DNA of 46,550 bases, taken from the NCBI GenBank assembly GCA_041308065.1, contig JBFZCF010000001.1:1-46550 (forward strand). Reading direction: 5' to 3'. Below, one piece after another: positions 46,018 to 46,550 of this stretch. The notes under the pieces were generated by a model. It had not been told where the DNA came from and did not search any database. It saw nothing but the letters and a program-made list of their open reading frames with translations. The first letter of the stretch is position 1. Each line of letters opens with the position of its first letter. A program made the position numbers and the translations under genes. Origin of the DNA: Burkholderiales bacterium (GTDB lineage: Bacteria > Pseudomonadota > Gammaproteobacteria > Burkholderiales > Burkholderiaceae_F).

Positions 46018-46550
46018 ATGCTGGCGTGGGACGAAACACCGACCCCTCAATCCTCCGCGGTCCCGATGCCCGGCCTGCAGCCGGTCGCACCGGCTGCCCG
46101 GCCCGTGGCGAGTGGCGCGCCGATCGCGGCGGACCCGGCCGCGCCGGACATGCGCCGCGTGAACGCCGCCGACAAGCGGATCATCAACGGCCAGACCGAC
46201 GTCAACCAGCTCGTCCCGTTCAAGTACAAGTGGGCCTGGGAGAAGTACCTCGCGACCTGCGCGAATCACTGGATGCCGCAGGAGATCAACATGTCGCGGG
46301 ACATCGCGCTGTGGAAGGACCCGAACGGGCTGACCGATGACGAGCGCCGCGTCATCAGGCGCAACCTCGGCTTCTTCGTCACGGCCGACTCGCTGGCCGC
46401 CAACAACATCGTCCTGGGTACCTACCGGCACATCACGGCGCCGGAGTGCCGCCAGTTCCTGCTTCGCCAGGCCTTCGAGGAGGCGATCCACACCCACGCC
46501 TACCAGTACATCGTCGAGTCGCTGGGCCTGGACGAGGGCGAGATCTTCAA
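46018..46550 (+). CDS. nrdB: Class Ia ribonucleotide reductase beta subunit NrdB, N-terminal part (runs off the right edge)
   Basis: ATG 46018 after AAGGAGA. My own translation gives ...[17 protein letters not shown]...[12 protein letters not shown]...[13 protein letters not shown] (iron-ligand region). It is not in the ORF track because it is open at the edge. Confidence 0.92.
   Translation, partial: MLAWDETPTPQSSAVPMPGLQPVAPAARPVASGAPIAADPAAPDMRRVNAADKRIINGQTDVNQLVPFKYKWAWEKYLATCANHWMPQEINMSRDIALWKDPNGLTDDERRVIRRNLGFFVTADSLAANNIVLGTYRHITAPECRQFLLRQAFEEAIHTHAYQYIVESLGLDEGEIF

Overview
High-GC (about 68-70%) chromosomal core segment with betaproteobacterial (Burkholderiales-like) gene order, densely coding and syntenic throughout. 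It holds the distal dcw cell-wall/division cluster (murE' murF mraY murD ftsW murG murC ddl ftsQ ftsA ftsZ), then a DUF2189 membrane protein, lpxC, a DciA-like protein, an M23 peptidase, secA and argJ-DUF815 ATPase-mutT/thiE-like fusion. On the minus strand come pilB-pilC-pilD-coaE-zapD-yacG, a CorC/HlyC transporter, tRNA-Pro(CGG) and ispB. These are followed by rplU-rpmA-obg-proB, rppH, proS, an SLT transglycosylase, ffh, ypjD-like, a PP0621-PilS-PilR-like module, ampD and nrdA-nrdB'. I found no integrase, transposase, CRISPR array, GC-deviant island or run of unrecognisable genes, so I cannot support a claim of a novel multi-gene system here. The unusual signals are small-scale. (1) A tandem 62-bp repeat at the murE/murF junction and a 116-bp junction duplication at ftsW/murG each form short bridging ORFs, so 4-nt start/stop overlaps continue unbroken across the inserted DNA. 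(2) Very long palindromes (21 bp perfect; 22 bp with one mismatch) are centred at or beside the ftsW and secA stop codons, built from inverted copies of the terminal coding sequence. Other points are tandem NrdR boxes on the nrdA promoter, two candidate leaderless starts, an orphan PP0621-PilSR module and pilBCD without a pilin gene. The many long antisense or out-of-frame ORFs in the track are GC artefacts.
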